Positions 24,174 to 38,033 of a stretch of 64,000 bases of DNA are shown in pieces. The notes under the pieces were generated by a model, which worked only from the letters and a program-made list of their open reading frames with translations, made no database searches and was not told where the DNA came from. A program made the translations under genes and the position numbers. Position 1 is the stretch's first letter. The number at the start of each line of letters is the position of its first letter. Origin of the DNA: Candidatus Eiseniibacteriota bacterium (GTDB taxonomy: Bacteria; Eisenbacteria; RBG-16-71-46); NCBI GenBank assembly GCA_963717505.1, contig OY970342.1, positions 3,936,001-4,000,000 on the forward strand, given 5' to 3'.

Positions 24174-25028
24174 TCTAGGTCATCTTCCCGGCCTACAACG
24201 AAGCCAAGGTCATCCGCCCGACGCTGCTGGCGCTGGTCGCGGCCATGCGCGGCAGCAGCGAACCCTGGCACGCGGTGCTGGTCGACGACGGCAGCACCGA
24301 CGCGACGCTGGCCGAGGCCCAGCGCGCCGTGACCGAGAGCGGCGGCGTCCTGTCGCTCACCGTGCTCAAGCACGAGGTCAATCGCGGTCTCGGCGCCGGC
24401 CTGCGCACCGGCATCTACTGGTGCCTCGACCAGGCGGCGGAAGACGATGTGATCGTCACACTCGACGCCGACAACACGCACCCGCCGGCGTTGATCCCGT
24501 CGCTGGTGGCGCGCGCGCGCGACGGCTACGACCTGGCGATCGCCTCGCGCTATCGCGGCGGCTCCGAAGTCCACGGCGTGCCCGGCTACCGCCGCGCCCT
24601 GTCCGACGTCGGACGCCTGGTGTTCCAGGGGATGTTCCCGATTCCGGGCGTGCGCGACTACACCTGCTGCTTCCGCGCCTATCGGGTGCCGATCCTGCGC
24701 CGGGCGCGGCTCGTCTACGGCGACGAGCTGTGCACCGCGCGCGGCTTCGAGGCGGTGATGGACCTGCTGCTCAAGCTGCGGCCCGCTCGGCGTGCACGCG
24801 GTCGAGATCCCGTTCGTGCTCGACTACGGCGGCCGCGTCGGCCAGAGCAAGATGAAGGTGGCGAAGACGATCCGCACGACGCTGGCGCTGCTCGGACGCC
24901 GATTCGCCGAGCGCTTCGGCCGCCATTCGCGGCGCACGATCGGCGCCAAGATCGCGTCGGCCGAGCGAGCCGCCGCGATCCGCGACGGCCGCGCCGCAGA
25001 GGGTCGGGCGCGCGGAGACGCGCGGTGA
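24170..25028 (+). CDS. GT2 polyprenol-phosphate glycosyltransferase (in-frame TAG at codon 3, frameshift near 24785)
   Basis: PAYNE, VDDGSTDAT, NRGLG, LDADNTH, IASRY. Confidence 0.85.
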
Positions 25029-26143
25029 CGATCGGAATCGTCGTCGGCACGCGACCCGAGATCATCAAGATGGCGCCGGTCGTGCGCGCCTGCCTCGCGC
25101 GCCGGGTGCCGTATCTGCTTGCTCCACACCGGCCAGCACTACAGCTTCGAGATGGACGGCGTGTTCTTCAAGGAGCTGGACCTGCCGGCGCCCGCACGTC
25201 AATCTCGAAGTCGGTTCGGGCACTCAGGCGTACCAGATCGGAAGCATCGTGCTCGGCATGGAGCCGATCCTGCGCGAGCGGCGGCCCGACGTCGTGCTGG
25301 TCGAAGGCGACACCAACTCGGTGCTCGCCGGCGCCCTGGCCGCGAACAAGCTGGGGGTTACGGTCGGTCACGTCGAAGCCGGGCTGCGCAGCTACGATCG
25401 CACCATGCCCGAGGAGATCAATCGCATCCTGACCGACCATCTCTCCGACTGGCTGTTCGCGCCGACCGAGGGTGCGCGCCGCCTGCTGCTCGGCGAAGGC
25501 ATCACCGGCGATCGCATCCACGTCACCGGCAACACCGTGGTCGACGAGCTGATGCTCCAGCGCGAGCGCGCCGAGCGCCCGGAGCTGTTCGGCCGCTTCG
25601 GCGTCGAGCCCGGACGCTACGCGGTCGCGACCGTGCACCGCGCCGAGAACGTGGACCACGAGGATCGCCTGCGCGGCATCTTCGACGGCCTGGCGGGGCG
25701 CCGCACGCGCTCTGGGCATTCCGGTGCTCGCCGCACTCCATCCGCGCACCTCCGCGCGCCTCGAGCGGCTGGGCGCGAAGTTCGACAATGGCGTACGTGC
25801 CCTGCCGCCGCTCGGCTACCTCGACTTCCTCGGACTTCACGCGCGCGCGGCACTGACGCTCACGGATTCCGGCGGACTCCAGGAAGAGGCGTGCTGCCTG
25901 GGCGTGCCGTGCGTCACCTTGCGCGACAACACCGAGCGACCGGAGTCGGTCGAGGTCGGCGCCAACATGCTGGCCGGGGCGGACGCCGGCCGCATCGTCG
26001 CCGCCGCGCAGGCGATGCTCGCGCGCGAGCGCGACTGGCCGAATCCTTTCGGCGACGGCGCGAGCGGATTGCGCATCGTGGATCTGCTGACCGGGGCCGC
26101 ACCGACCTCGGGCGCGCCACCCACCATGCCCCCGCGCGCGTGA
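25025..26143 (+). CDS. wecB: UDP-N-acetylglucosamine 2-epimerase (frameshifts)
   Basis: GTRPEIIKM, HTGQHY, GDTNS, HVEAGLRS, TDSGGLQEEA, NPFGDG. Confidence 0.93.
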
Positions 26144-27633
26144 ACTCCCGGGCCTGGTGGACGCCGGCCCTGGCGCTGGCCCTGCTCTACCCTCTCGCGT
26201 TCATCGCGGTCGCGGTCCTGCGCATGGGACATCCGTTCGAGTTGGAATGGATGGAGGGCGGGGCACTCAGCCACGTCCAGCGCATCCTGGCCGGAAAACC
26301 TCTCTACATCGAGCCCTCGCTCGAGTTCACACCGTTCATCTATCCCCCGCTCTACTTTCACGTCTCGGCCTGGTTCGCGCGCGTCTTGGGCGCCGACTTC
26401 TTCGCGCTGCGTCTGGTGTCGTTTCTGTCGTCACTCGGCGCGATCGCACTGATCTTCGCCATCGTCCGCCGGCGCACGGGCGGACTGCTTGCGCCGACGC
26501 TGGCTGCGTGCCTGTTTGCCGCCAGCTACCGCGAGGGCGGCGCCTGGTTCGATGTTGCGCGCAACGACGCTTTGTATTTGTTTCTGTTACTGGCCGGAGT
26601 CTGGGCGTTGATGCGTCCAGGCTCGCCGTGGCTGGCCGGCGCCCTGGGCGGAATCGGCTTCGCGCTCAGTGCGCTGACCAAGCAATCGGCGTTATTCGTC
26701 GCGGTGCCGGTCGGAGTCTGGCTGCTGGCCACCGAGTGGCGGCGCGGCGCGGCGTTCACGCTCGCGTTCGCCGCACTCGCCGGCGGGGCCACGCTTTGGC
26801 TCGATCAGGCCTCGGGTGGCTGGTATCGCTACTACGTCTTCGAACTGCCGCGCGACCATCCGATCATCGGCCAGCTCCTGCGCGGCTTCTGGACCGCGGA
26901 GTACCTCGGCGTCTACGGGCTGGCGCTCGCGATCGCGGCGTTTCGCTTCGTGAAAGCGCCGCTCGGCGAGTGGCGCCGGACCGGGCTCGACCTGGTCCTG
27001 CTGGCATCGCTGATCCTGACCGCCTACGCGACCAAGGTCCGGGTCGGGAGCTTCGACAACCTGATCCTGCCGGCCCACGTCGCCGCCAGCCTCGGTCTCG
27101 GCTGGGGGCTCGGCGCGCTGCTCGAGTACGCGCGCGGGCTGCCCGAGGAGCGTGGGCGGTCGCTCGAGCGATTCGCGGCACTTCTGTGCATCGCTACGTT
27201 CACGCTGACTCTGTACAAGCCTTGGCGGCAATTGCCGCCGGCTGGCGACGTCGAGGCTGGAAACCAGATTGTCGAGAGCCTGCGACGGGTCGAAGGCGAC
27301 GTTTGGGTGCCGAGCCATCCGTATCTCGCCGAGCGCGCGGGCAAGCCCGGGCACGCGCACGAGCTGGCGATCACCGACGTGCTCCGGCCGGTGGATTCGC
27401 CGCAGCACGCGAAGCTCATGGCGTCACTGCGCGAAGCGTTGCGCGAGCGGCGCTGGCAGGTGGTGGTGTTGGACCATGTCGGCTGGCTCAAAGACGAGGT
27501 CCAGCCCTACTACGAGCACAAAGCCCAGATGTTCGGCGACGATGAGTCCGATCGCTTCTGGCCGGCGACCGGCTATCACACGAGACCGGACTTCGTGTGG
27601 GCCGCCAAAGCGGATAGCTCCGGCCTTCCCTGA
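26140..27633 (+). CDS. ArnT/GT39-like membrane glycosyltransferase
   Basis: EWMEG, YPPLY, ARND, LTKQS; multi-TM. Confidence 0.78.
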   Translation: MNSRAWWTPALALALLYPLAFIAVAVLRMGHPFELEWMEGGALSHVQRILAGKPLYIEPSLEFTPFIYPPLYFHVSAWFARVLGADFFALRLVSFLSSLGAIALIFAIVRRRTGGLLAPTLAACLFAASYREGGAWFDVARNDALYLFLLLAGVWALMRPGSPWLAGALGGIGFALSALTKQSALFVAVPVGVWLLATEWRRGAAFTLAFAALAGGATLWLDQASGGWYRYYVFELPRDHPIIGQLLRGFWTAEYLGVYGLALAIAAFRFVKAPLGEWRRTGLDLVLLASLILTAYATKVRVGSFDNLILPAHVAASLGLGWGLGALLEYARGLPEERGRSLERFAALLCIATFTLTLYKPWRQLPPAGDVEAGNQIVESLRRVEGDVWVPSHPYLAERAGKPGHAHELAITDVLRPVDSPQHAKLMASLREALRERRWQVVVLDHVGWLKDEVQPYYEHKAQMFGDDESDRFWPATGYHTRPDFVWAAKADSSGLP

Positions 27634-27897
27634 CTTCTCTTGTGCTACACGAATTTGGCTCTTGACTTGGACCGGGCGCAGGTCGATCTTCCGGGCACGG
27701 GCGTACGAGGCATCGAGCGACTGCTCTGCCGTCCGCTGACGCGCTGAATCCGCGCGAGAACGACACGCCCGAAATCACTTCGATCGGCCGCTACCACCCT
27801 CGCCTCGCTTCCCCGCCGCGCCCGACCGTCAGATTGGGGCCGCGCGTTGCTCTCGGCGAACTCGGCGCAACCATCCCGACCGGGCCATGACCGGGTC

Positions 27898-30891
27898 ATG
27901 GGAGCGTTCGCGATGCGAATGTTCGTGGGGCTGTCGTTCCTGGTGGTGTTGCCCGTTGCCCTGAGCGGCGCGCCGGCGGAGTGCGCCAAGCGCTTCGATC
28001 CGGACGGCCTGACCGTCGAGCAGTGGCGCCAGCTGATGCCCGGGTACTTCCCTCCATCCGACGGCAATCCGCGCGTGGCGCCACTGGCGATTCCGGACGT
28101 CTTCGGTCCGGGGGCGGTGCTGCGGGTTGGCAACGTCCACATGAAGGTGACCAACTTCGGGCACTGCGGCAACTGGTACGGGCACCCCTCCGACGACCCG
28201 GGAGCGCAGTGGCCCGCGGCTTCGGGCGTCCAGTACCTGGAGACCATCCGCCTGTCGGTGGCGGCAGTGAATCCCACCGCCACCGACCCCAACGCCGTTC
28301 GGCGCGTCAGCTATTTCAGGGAATGGCGGCCGCAGACGCTGGACCCGGAAGACCGGATCTACCGCGCGTACGACGGCGCCATCAACTCCTCTCGGTTTGC
28401 CAACGACGACGGTGACGTGACCGCGGACCCCTACGGGTGCGAGATCCCGCCCTGCCAGAGCGTCGACGAGGATTTCCACGACGGCCGAGACAACGACCGC
28501 GACGGCCTGATCGACGAGGACTTCGCGGCGCTCGGTCAGGAGACCTACTCGTGCGTGATCTGGGACAACACGATCGAAGCGATCAACTTTGTGCAGCCGG
28601 AGAAACATGTGCCGCTCGGCCTCGAGTGCCGGCAGCGCGCTTGGGCCTATTCGGTGGCCGGGTTTCAGGACTTCAATGTGATCGAGTGGGAGATCTTCAA
28701 CCGGTCGGGCTCGACCCTCGACAGCATCTACGTCGGCGGACTGGTGAACATGGACGCGGGCCCGCTCGAGCTCTCCAACTTCTTCAACGAGGATTTTGAC
28801 GTTCCGACGTTCCCGCAAGGTGAGTTTCCGATCATCGTAGGCAGCGAGCTCGGCACGCTGGTGGATCCCTTGCGCCGGCAGTTCCCGCACCACCCGGAGC
28901 TGGATGGCTCCCTGGTCGGCAGTGGTGCGGATTCGGCCCTATGTCCGCGAGCCAACATCCGGGTCAACGGCTTCTCGGTGATCGACGACAACGGCGACGA
29001 GGGCCGATCTCAGGGGGTCGGCTCCTTTCTCCTCGTCTCCCATACCACCGATCCCACGGGTGAGACCGGCCCGCAGCGCGTTGGCTTCCGGGCGTTTCGT
29101 TCGTTCCTGTCCAGCGCTCCGTTCGCGCAGGGCGGGTTTCCGACCCTGGATGCCGAGCGGTTCTCGTTCATGTCGGGAAACGCCATCACCAACGTCGGGG
29201 ACGACGGCTTCATCAACGCACCGCCCGGCGACCAGAAAGGGGACTTCTTCAACTACTGGTCGTGCGGTCCGTGGCTCAAGGTTCCCGACGGTGGCCGAAT
29301 TGTGGTGACGGTCGCCTTCGCCGTTCACCCAGCAACCTACGCAGATATGCTGGAGTGGCCTCAGGACCTTCAGCGGTACAAGTCCGGCGCGATGTCGGCC
29401 GAGGGCCTGATGCAACGGTACCCGGCCCTGCGCAACGCGTTCAATGTGCAGCTCGCGTACGAGGGCGTGCACGAGAGGCGCGAGGGCTTCGGTTACTCGG
29501 ACTTCCAGGCGCCCGACTACCACGGTCGCGAGTCCAAACGGCAGATCACGCCCGGCGGCCCCCCGCAGTACCTCTCCGACTGCCGCGACATCGAGCTGGG
29601 CCGGACCCGCCAGGTGACCGATCGCGAGCCGACCTGGTTCGACTTCGATTGCGACTACTGCACGGGAGTCTGGGACTACGAGATGGGCGCCGCTGACTTC
29701 CGCAACGGTGGGCTGTTCCACAAGCACTGGAACGCCGAAGCGCCGCCGCCCAATCCTGCGCTCAACGTGGGTGCGGCCTACAACTACACCGACAACGCGG
29801 GGCGTTCCGTGGTTCCCAGCGGCGACAACCAGATCACGCTGGCGTGGAACAACCTGTCCGAGGTGACGCCGGATCCCAAGTCGGGCTGGCTGGACTTCCG
29901 TGGCTACCGGCTGTGGAAGGTGTCCGACTGGAGGCGGCCGGTGGGTGCGTCGGGTCCCGAGGATGCGGACTGGACCCTGCTCGGCGAGTTCCGGCAGTTC
30001 CGCTACTACGATGCCAATCGTCCGATCACCGACAACCGTTTTGTCGACGGCGCGGGCGACACGGTGTGCCCACGGGTGTTCATTCCGAATCACGTGGACC
30101 CGGTCTCCGGCGCAGTCGGGCCGGCGACAGTGCCGATCTGTCTCCAACGCGGGGATCTGTGGAATCGACAGAACGGCCAGGTCATCCCGCCGGATCGCAG
30201 TCTGCCCTGCGATCAGGACACGCTCGGCAACTGCATCACGGTCAGAGGCTGCATCGTCCACCGCTCGCCGTGTCTCACCGTTTCAAACCAGGAAACCGTG
30301 ACGCAGTACCCGATCGGCTACTACCGGTACGTCGATCGCGAGGTCAAGAACGGCTTCATGTATTTCTACTCGGTCACCGCGTTCGACTCGACCACCGAGC
30401 TGGGCCGGACGACCGAACTGGGCGGCCGTCGTTCCGCGGTCGAGGCCGAAGGGGTGGTGCCGGAAGCCTCGGTCAAGACCGGCCAGGCGGTGTGGGTGGT
30501 CCCGAACCCGTATCGCGGCTACGCGAACATCTCGGATCGGCCATCGTCGTGGGACATGACGCCGAACGCGTCGGACCCGACCGGAACACACATCGACTTC
30601 ATGGGGCTGCCGGCCGGGCGCTGGACGATTCGGATCTACACGGTGTCGGGAGATCTGGTCGAGGAATTGCACTCAGACGACGCGGTGAACGAATCGGTGC
30701 GGCCGGCGCTCCTGTCCCCGGACGGCACCTCGGTACCGGGTTACAACCGGCAGCAGGACTACGCCAACGACGGACAGGCGCGCTGGAACCTGATCACCCG
30801 CAATGGCCAGGACATCGTCAGCGGGATCTATTTGTTCACGGTCGAGTCCGGCGAGGGGACACAGCGGGGACGGTTCGTCGTGATTCGGTAG
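27898..30891 (+). CDS. Large secreted Cys/Asp-rich protein with T9SS/FlgD-like C-terminal domain
   Basis: Signal peptide; DGRDNDRDGLIDED; VVPNPY...IRIYTVSGDLV...WNLITRNGQDIVSGIYLF...GRFVVIR. Confidence 0.78.
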   Translation: MGAFAMRMFVGLSFLVVLPVALSGAPAECAKRFDPDGLTVEQWRQLMPGYFPPSDGNPRVAPLAIPDVFGPGAVLRVGNVHMKVTNFGHCGNWYGHPSDDPGAQWPAASGVQYLETIRLSVAAVNPTATDPNAVRRVSYFREWRPQTLDPEDRIYRAYDGAINSSRFANDDGDVTADPYGCEIPPCQSVDEDFHDGRDNDRDGLIDEDFAALGQETYSCVIWDNTIEAINFVQPEKHVPLGLECRQRAWAYSVAGFQDFNVIEWEIFNRSGSTLDSIYVGGLVNMDAGPLELSNFFNEDFDVPTFPQGEFPIIVGSELGTLVDPLRRQFPHHPELDGSLVGSGADSALCPRANIRVNGFSVIDDNGDEGRSQGVGSFLLVSHTTDPTGETGPQRVGFRAFRSFLSSAPFAQGGFPTLDAERFSFMSGNAITNVGDDGFINAPPGDQKGDFFNYWSCGPWLKVPDGGRIVVTVAFAVHPATYADMLEWPQDLQRYKSGAMSAEGLMQRYPALRNAFNVQLAYEGVHERREGFGYSDFQAPDYHGRESKRQITPGGPPQYLSDCRDIELGRTRQVTDREPTWFDFDCDYCTGVWDYEMGAADFRNGGLFHKHWNAEAPPPNPALNVGAAYNYTDNAGRSVVPSGDNQITLAWNNLSEVTPDPKSGWLDFRGYRLWKVSDWRRPVGASGPEDADWTLLGEFRQFRYYDANRPITDNRFVDGAGDTVCPRVFIPNHVDPVSGAVGPATVPICLQRGDLWNRQNGQVIPPDRSLPCDQDTLGNCITVRGCIVHRSPCLTVSNQETVTQYPIGYYRYVDREVKNGFMYFYSVTAFDSTTELGRTTELGGRRSAVEAEGVVPEASVKTGQAVWVVPNPYRGYANISDRPSSWDMTPNASDPTGTHIDFMGLPAGRWTIRIYTVSGDLVEELHSDDAVNESVRPALLSPDGTSVPGYNRQQDYANDGQARWNLITRNGQDIVSGIYLFTVESGEGTQRGRFVVIR

Positions 30892-31650
30892 CGATTTCGG
30901 GTGACGCGTCCTGGGCCGCGCGTCCGGCGTTGCGGCGCTGACAATAATTTGACTTGACGCGTTTTCGAGGCTTGCCGACGACGCTTCGCCGAGTGGTCAT
31001 GGATTCGCGCTGGAGCGAAACCGTCGGGCGTACAGACGCGTTCACCTCCGATCACACTTGCGATCGCGAAGCGCATCGCGTTTCGCACTCCTCGCGCAAG
31101 CGTGAGCGTCGCAAAGTGGCGTGATAGGAATACCTCGCCCTCGCGTCCGCCTGATCATCGATCAGGCAATTCAAATGCGCGCCCCCGAAGAAAGTGATTT
31201 CCGATGCGCGCGTACCGGTTCGATCACCTCGACGACACGCGGCTGCTCCGCCTCCTGGCCGAATTGATCGACGAGAGTCGCGAGAACACTGCCCAGACCA
31301 TTGCCGTCATCGCCGAGGTCGATCGGCGCCGGCTCTACCTGCCCGCCGGCTACTCGTCGATGAAGGCCTATTGCATCGAGGCGCTCGGGCTGTCCGAGGA
31401 CGCCGCCTTCAAGCGGATTCAGGTGGCACGGGAGATCGATGAGTTTCCCGTCCTGCTCGAGATGCTGGCCGAGGGCAGGCTGCACCTGACCGGGGCTCGG
31501 ATGGTCGTCCCTCATCTCACGTCCGAGAACGCCGGCCAGCTGCTCGAGGCGGTCACCCACAAGTCCTGCTCCGAAATCCAGCGACTGCTGACGGAGTCCT
31601 TTCCGGAACCGGACCTGCTGACGGTCTCTCAGCCCGCCACCGGCGAGACG

Positions 31651-31762
31651 CAACTTGCCGCGCGGCAAGTCGAAGTCGAGACCGGGGTGGTGGGTGGCGA
31701 CCCGCCGACGTCACAGGCAGAGCCTGCCTCGACCCAGGACCAACTTGCCGCGCGGCAAGTTG
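31651..31762. repeat. Two 20-bp direct repeats CAACTTGCCGCGCGGCAAGT (31651, 31741), each palindromic
   Basis: 18-bp and 22-bp perfect palindromes with a 90-bp period. Confidence 0.9.
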
Positions 31763-32512
31763 CGACCTCTACAACCAAGAACCTGTCGCCCCGGCGGATC
31801 CCTCTCAATCTGCTTCCGGAGACCCACGACAAGATTCGCTATGCGAAGGAGTTGCTGGGCCACGAGCTACCGTCCGGAGACGACGCACTCGTGGTGGAAC
31901 GCGCGATGGCTGAAATGATCCAAAGAGCCGAAAAGCGAAAGCTCCGGCCTGGGTCGCCGCGAACCCGCTTGCATAGCCCGTCAACCAACCCGCGGCACAT
32001 TCCGAAGCGAGTGAAGCGCGCGGTCTGGGAACGCGACGGCGGTCAGTGCTCGTTCATCGGCAGCAACGGCCATCGTTGCGGGACGCGCGAGCACTTGGAA
32101 TTCGACCACATCGTCCCGGTGGCCCGAAGCGGTGAGTCGACCGTAGCAAACCTGCGGCTGCGTTGCCGGGCGCACAACCAGTTCGAGGCCGAGCGCACGT
32201 TCGGCGACGGGTACATGCACGAAAAGCGCAAAGCGGCCTGGAGCGCGACCCAGCATGCGAGACAGGATCGTGAGGCGAAGCGAGTCCGTGAGGCGCAGCA
32301 GGCCGAAGCTGCGAGGCAGGCTCGGGCGCGTTCCGCGGCCGAGGAAGTCGTCCCCTGGCTACGGGCGCTTGGCTGCCGCGCCGACGACTCACGCCGAGCC
32401 GCGGCGCTAGCCGAGAGCATCCCGGACGCCCCGCTCGAGGAGCGCGTGAGAGTGGCGTTGACCTGCTTCGGTCGGCGGCCCAAGACCCGAACCGACGCCG
32501 CAGTCCGACGTG

Positions 32513-35209
<2,697 letters not shown>

Positions 35210-35435
35210 GAGTTCCTCCGGAATCGTCCGTCCACCGGGAAGGATGGAGTGCGGCTAGCTAGCGGCTCGGTCCCGGTTCCACGAGGGTGGGAAGGCGGGC
35301 GAAGCTAGCACGCCCGCCAAGGCCTCTCAAACGCTGCGTGAGGCCGAACGTTGGTCTTCCAGCCTTCGAGTGTCACTTCAACTGCGGGCGGCAACGGATT
35401 GGCCGAGGACACGGCCGCGCTGGTAGATTGCCTCG

Positions 35436-37013
35436 ATGCCTTGGCGCCGCCGAAGGATGGTCGTGTTGCTGGCTGCCGCCTGGCCGGCGTTGATCGCGGT
35501 CGGATCGACCCCGGCCGTTTCGGCCCCCACCGAGTACTTGTCGGTCGACGATCCGATCCTCCAGGAACTGCGGATTCTGGATGTGCTCGATCCGGGCCCG
35601 GCGGGGGGACGATTCCTGCTTCCACGGCTGAACACCCAGCCCCTGCAACGAGTTGAACTCCAGGGGGATACTCTCCCGCCTTCGAGTCTGTCTTCAACCT
35701 ACGGCATCACCCTGGCGCGCCTCGAGCGCTCGCTCGGGCGCGACGCGGCGCCGTGGTTCACGCCGCACCCCGCCTACCGTTCGACGCCACGACTCTACCA
35801 GCGAGTCGACGACAATCAGCGTTTCGAGGTCTCGACTGGCATCAGCGGTCGCATGGACTGGGACGAAACCGACACCGACCTGGTCTCCCGTTCGGGCTGG
35901 GAATCGCGCATCGCTCTCGGACTCGACGGCTGGCTCGCGTACACCCGGCTGATCGTCGGCCGCATCGACAGCGCGCGGACGTTCTCGGATCCAATCGTCA
36001 GCAGCACCGACGTCATCGCGCTCACGGACGAGACCTACATCGCGTACACCGCCGACCGGCAGAGATGGGCCATGCAATTCGGGCAGAGCCGCTGGCATTG
36101 GGGCCCGGGCGAGGAGGGCTCGCTCGTGATCTCGAAGACCTCCCCCTCGATGGTCGGGCTGGCGATGCGCGCGCACTTGTCGTCGCTGCGGCTGGACTTG
36201 ATCGCGCTCTCGGCCACCCTCGAGCAGGCGGCCGGCGAACAACTCGCGGCGCACCGCATCGAGTGGCAGCCGCTGTCGTCGCTGCGGATCGGGGTCACCG
36301 AGGCTGCGCGCTACCAGTCGCCCGGCTGGGAACCGCTCTATGCCCTGGGCGCGATTCCCTACGTGCTGGTCCAGCGACTGCTGCTGCAGAACGAGCCCGA
36401 CTCGCTCGGCGCCCACCGCAACAACATCCTGACCGCGTTCGACGCCAGCTGGCGGATTGCTCCCGGAACGCGCGTCTACGGCGAAGTCCTGCTCGACGAC
36501 ATCCAGGCCGAGAGTACGATCAACCCGAACAAGTACGCCTTCCAGCTCGGCTACGAGGGGGTCGCGGCCTTGAGTGGCGGGCGGATGAGCTGGGGCGGCG
36601 AGTACACCCGAGTCACGCAGTTCGTCTACACCTCTTACTTCGGTCGCGACTACGTCGTCCAGGATCAATCGATCGGCTACCCCTTCGCCCCCGACTCCCG
36701 GCGCCTGCGAGTGCGCGCTGCGTGGGATCCCAACCCCGATTGGCAGCTGTTCGCGCTCGCGATCCACTTCGACAAGGGCGAGAACGATCTCGACGAGCCG
36801 TTCATCCCGGGCTCGCCGCGGCCCAACTCGTCGGCGCTTTCGGGTGTGGTCGAGAGCACGCGCGAGTTCCAGGTGGGCCTGCGTTGGTGGCCGGCGAGCG
36901 GCGTCGATGTCCGGGCCACCGCCGGCTATCGCTGGATCGATCAGCCGGGGCACGTCGATGGAGCGAGCGAGGAGACGCCGGTCGGAACCGTCGAGCTGCG
37001 CCTCAGCCGCTAG
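35436..37013 (+). CDS. Capsule assembly Wzi-family outer-membrane protein
   Basis: Signal peptide; WGPG..GSLVIS, AAHRIE, YGEVLLDD; beta-strand pattern. Confidence 0.7.
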   Translation: MPWRRRRMVVLLAAAWPALIAVGSTPAVSAPTEYLSVDDPILQELRILDVLDPGPAGGRFLLPRLNTQPLQRVELQGDTLPPSSLSSTYGITLARLERSLGRDAAPWFTPHPAYRSTPRLYQRVDDNQRFEVSTGISGRMDWDETDTDLVSRSGWESRIALGLDGWLAYTRLIVGRIDSARTFSDPIVSSTDVIALTDETYIAYTADRQRWAMQFGQSRWHWGPGEEGSLVISKTSPSMVGLAMRAHLSSLRLDLIALSATLEQAAGEQLAAHRIEWQPLSSLRIGVTEAARYQSPGWEPLYALGAIPYVLVQRLLLQNEPDSLGAHRNNILTAFDASWRIAPGTRVYGEVLLDDIQAESTINPNKYAFQLGYEGVAALSGGRMSWGGEYTRVTQFVYTSYFGRDYVVQDQSIGYPFAPDSRRLRVRAAWDPNPDWQLFALAIHFDKGENDLDEPFIPGSPRPNSSALSGVVESTREFQVGLRWWPASGVDVRATAGYRWIDQPGHVDGASEETPVGTVELRLSR

Positions 37014-37947
37014 TTCCGCGGGCGGGCTCGACGGCGCGCGCCCAATCGATGGTGCGCCGTAGCCCCTCGGAGAATCCGACAGTCGCCGTCCAGCCGAGCA
37101 CGTCGCGGGCTCGGGTCGCGTCCAGATAGATGCGCTGCACCTCCCCGGCGCGGGCCGGTTCGTGGATCGGCTGCAGCGACGTGCCGAGCGCGGCGTTGAC
37201 CTCGCGCACGATGTCCAGAACCGAAGTGCCGACGCCGGTGCCCAGATTGAGCACTTCGCCATTCGCGCGATCCAGCGACAGCAGGTTGGCCGCCACCACG
37301 TCGCCGACGTAGAGGTAGTCGCGCACCTGATCGCCGGTGCCGTAAATGTGCGGCCGCTCTCCCGCGAGCATCAGGCCGATGAAGATGGCGTTGACTCCGG
37401 CCTCACCGTGAGGATTCTGGCGCGGCCCGTAGACGTTCGGGTAGCGCAACACCGTGTAGTCGAGCCCGTGGAGCAGCTTCCACACGTAGAGGTAGTGCTC
37501 GACGGTGTGCTTGCTGACGCCGTAGGGCGACTCCGGGTTGACCGGATGCTCCTCGGTCGCCGGCAGGAAGCGGCCCTCGCCGTAAAGCGCTCCGCCGGTC
37601 GAGGCGTAGATCAGCTTGCGGACGCCATGGCGCACGCAGGCGTCGAACAGGCCGAGCGAGCCGAGGATGTTGATCCGGGCGTCCGCGGCCGGGTCGACCA
37701 CCGAGTGACGCACGTCGATCTGCGCCGCGTGGTGCGAGACGATGGCCGGCCGAAACTCGGCCAGGCATCGGTCGACCGCGGTCGGCTCCGCCAGGTCGGC
37801 CTGGTAGAAGGTCGCGCGCGAGTGCACGAATTCCCGGCGGCCGCTCGACAAATTGTCGAGCACGGCGACGTCGTGGCCGGCCGCGACGAAGCCGTCCACG
37901 ACGTTCGATCCGATGAACCCGGCGCCACCGGTGACCAGAATGCGCAC
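37003..37947 (-). CDS. NAD-dependent epimerase (GalE-like)
   Basis: VTGGAGFIGS, YGVSK, NVYGPRQ. Confidence 0.92.
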   Translation of the reverse strand: MRILVTGGAGFIGSNVVDGFVAAGHDVAVLDNLSSGRREFVHSRATFYQADLAEPTAVDRCLAEFRPAIVSHHAAQIDVRHSVVDPAADARINILGSLGLFDACVRHGVRKLIYASTGGALYGEGRFLPATEEHPVNPESPYGVSKHTVEHYLYVWKLLHGLDYTVLRYPNVYGPRQNPHGEAGVNAIFIGLMLAGERPHIYGTGDQVRDYLYVGDVVAANLLSLDRANGEVLNLGTGVGTSVLDIVREVNAALGTSLQPIHEPARAGEVQRIYLDATRARDVLGWTATVGFSEGLRRTIDWARAVEPARGTSG

Positions 37948-37977
37948 GTTCCCTCCCTGTCGTCGTCGAACCCGGGC

Positions 37978-38006
37978 ACGTTAGCCGCGACGTCGCGCGC
38001 TGGCAA
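37978..38006 (-). promoter_or_regulatory. sigma70-type promoter TTGCCA-N17-TAACGT for the epimerase gene
   Basis: Consensus match and spacing; GGGAGG Shine-Dalgarno downstream. Confidence 0.55.
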
Positions 38007-38033
38007 CGTCGGGGGCGGCGCGTCGTTGGCCGC

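Noticed and set aside
24176-24178. In-frame TAG at codon 3 of the GT2 gene (possible recoding)
   Set aside because: Isolated case in an error-rich patch; TAG is used as a normal stop elsewhere in the window.
25249-27633. Apparent WecB-ArnT fusion ORF
   Set aside because: Created by a frameshift; wecB finishes in another frame at 26143 and the GT starts at an overlapping GTG.
31651-31762. Possible mini-CRISPR
   Set aside because: Only two 20-bp repeats with a 70-bp in-frame spacer inside a CDS, and no cas genes.
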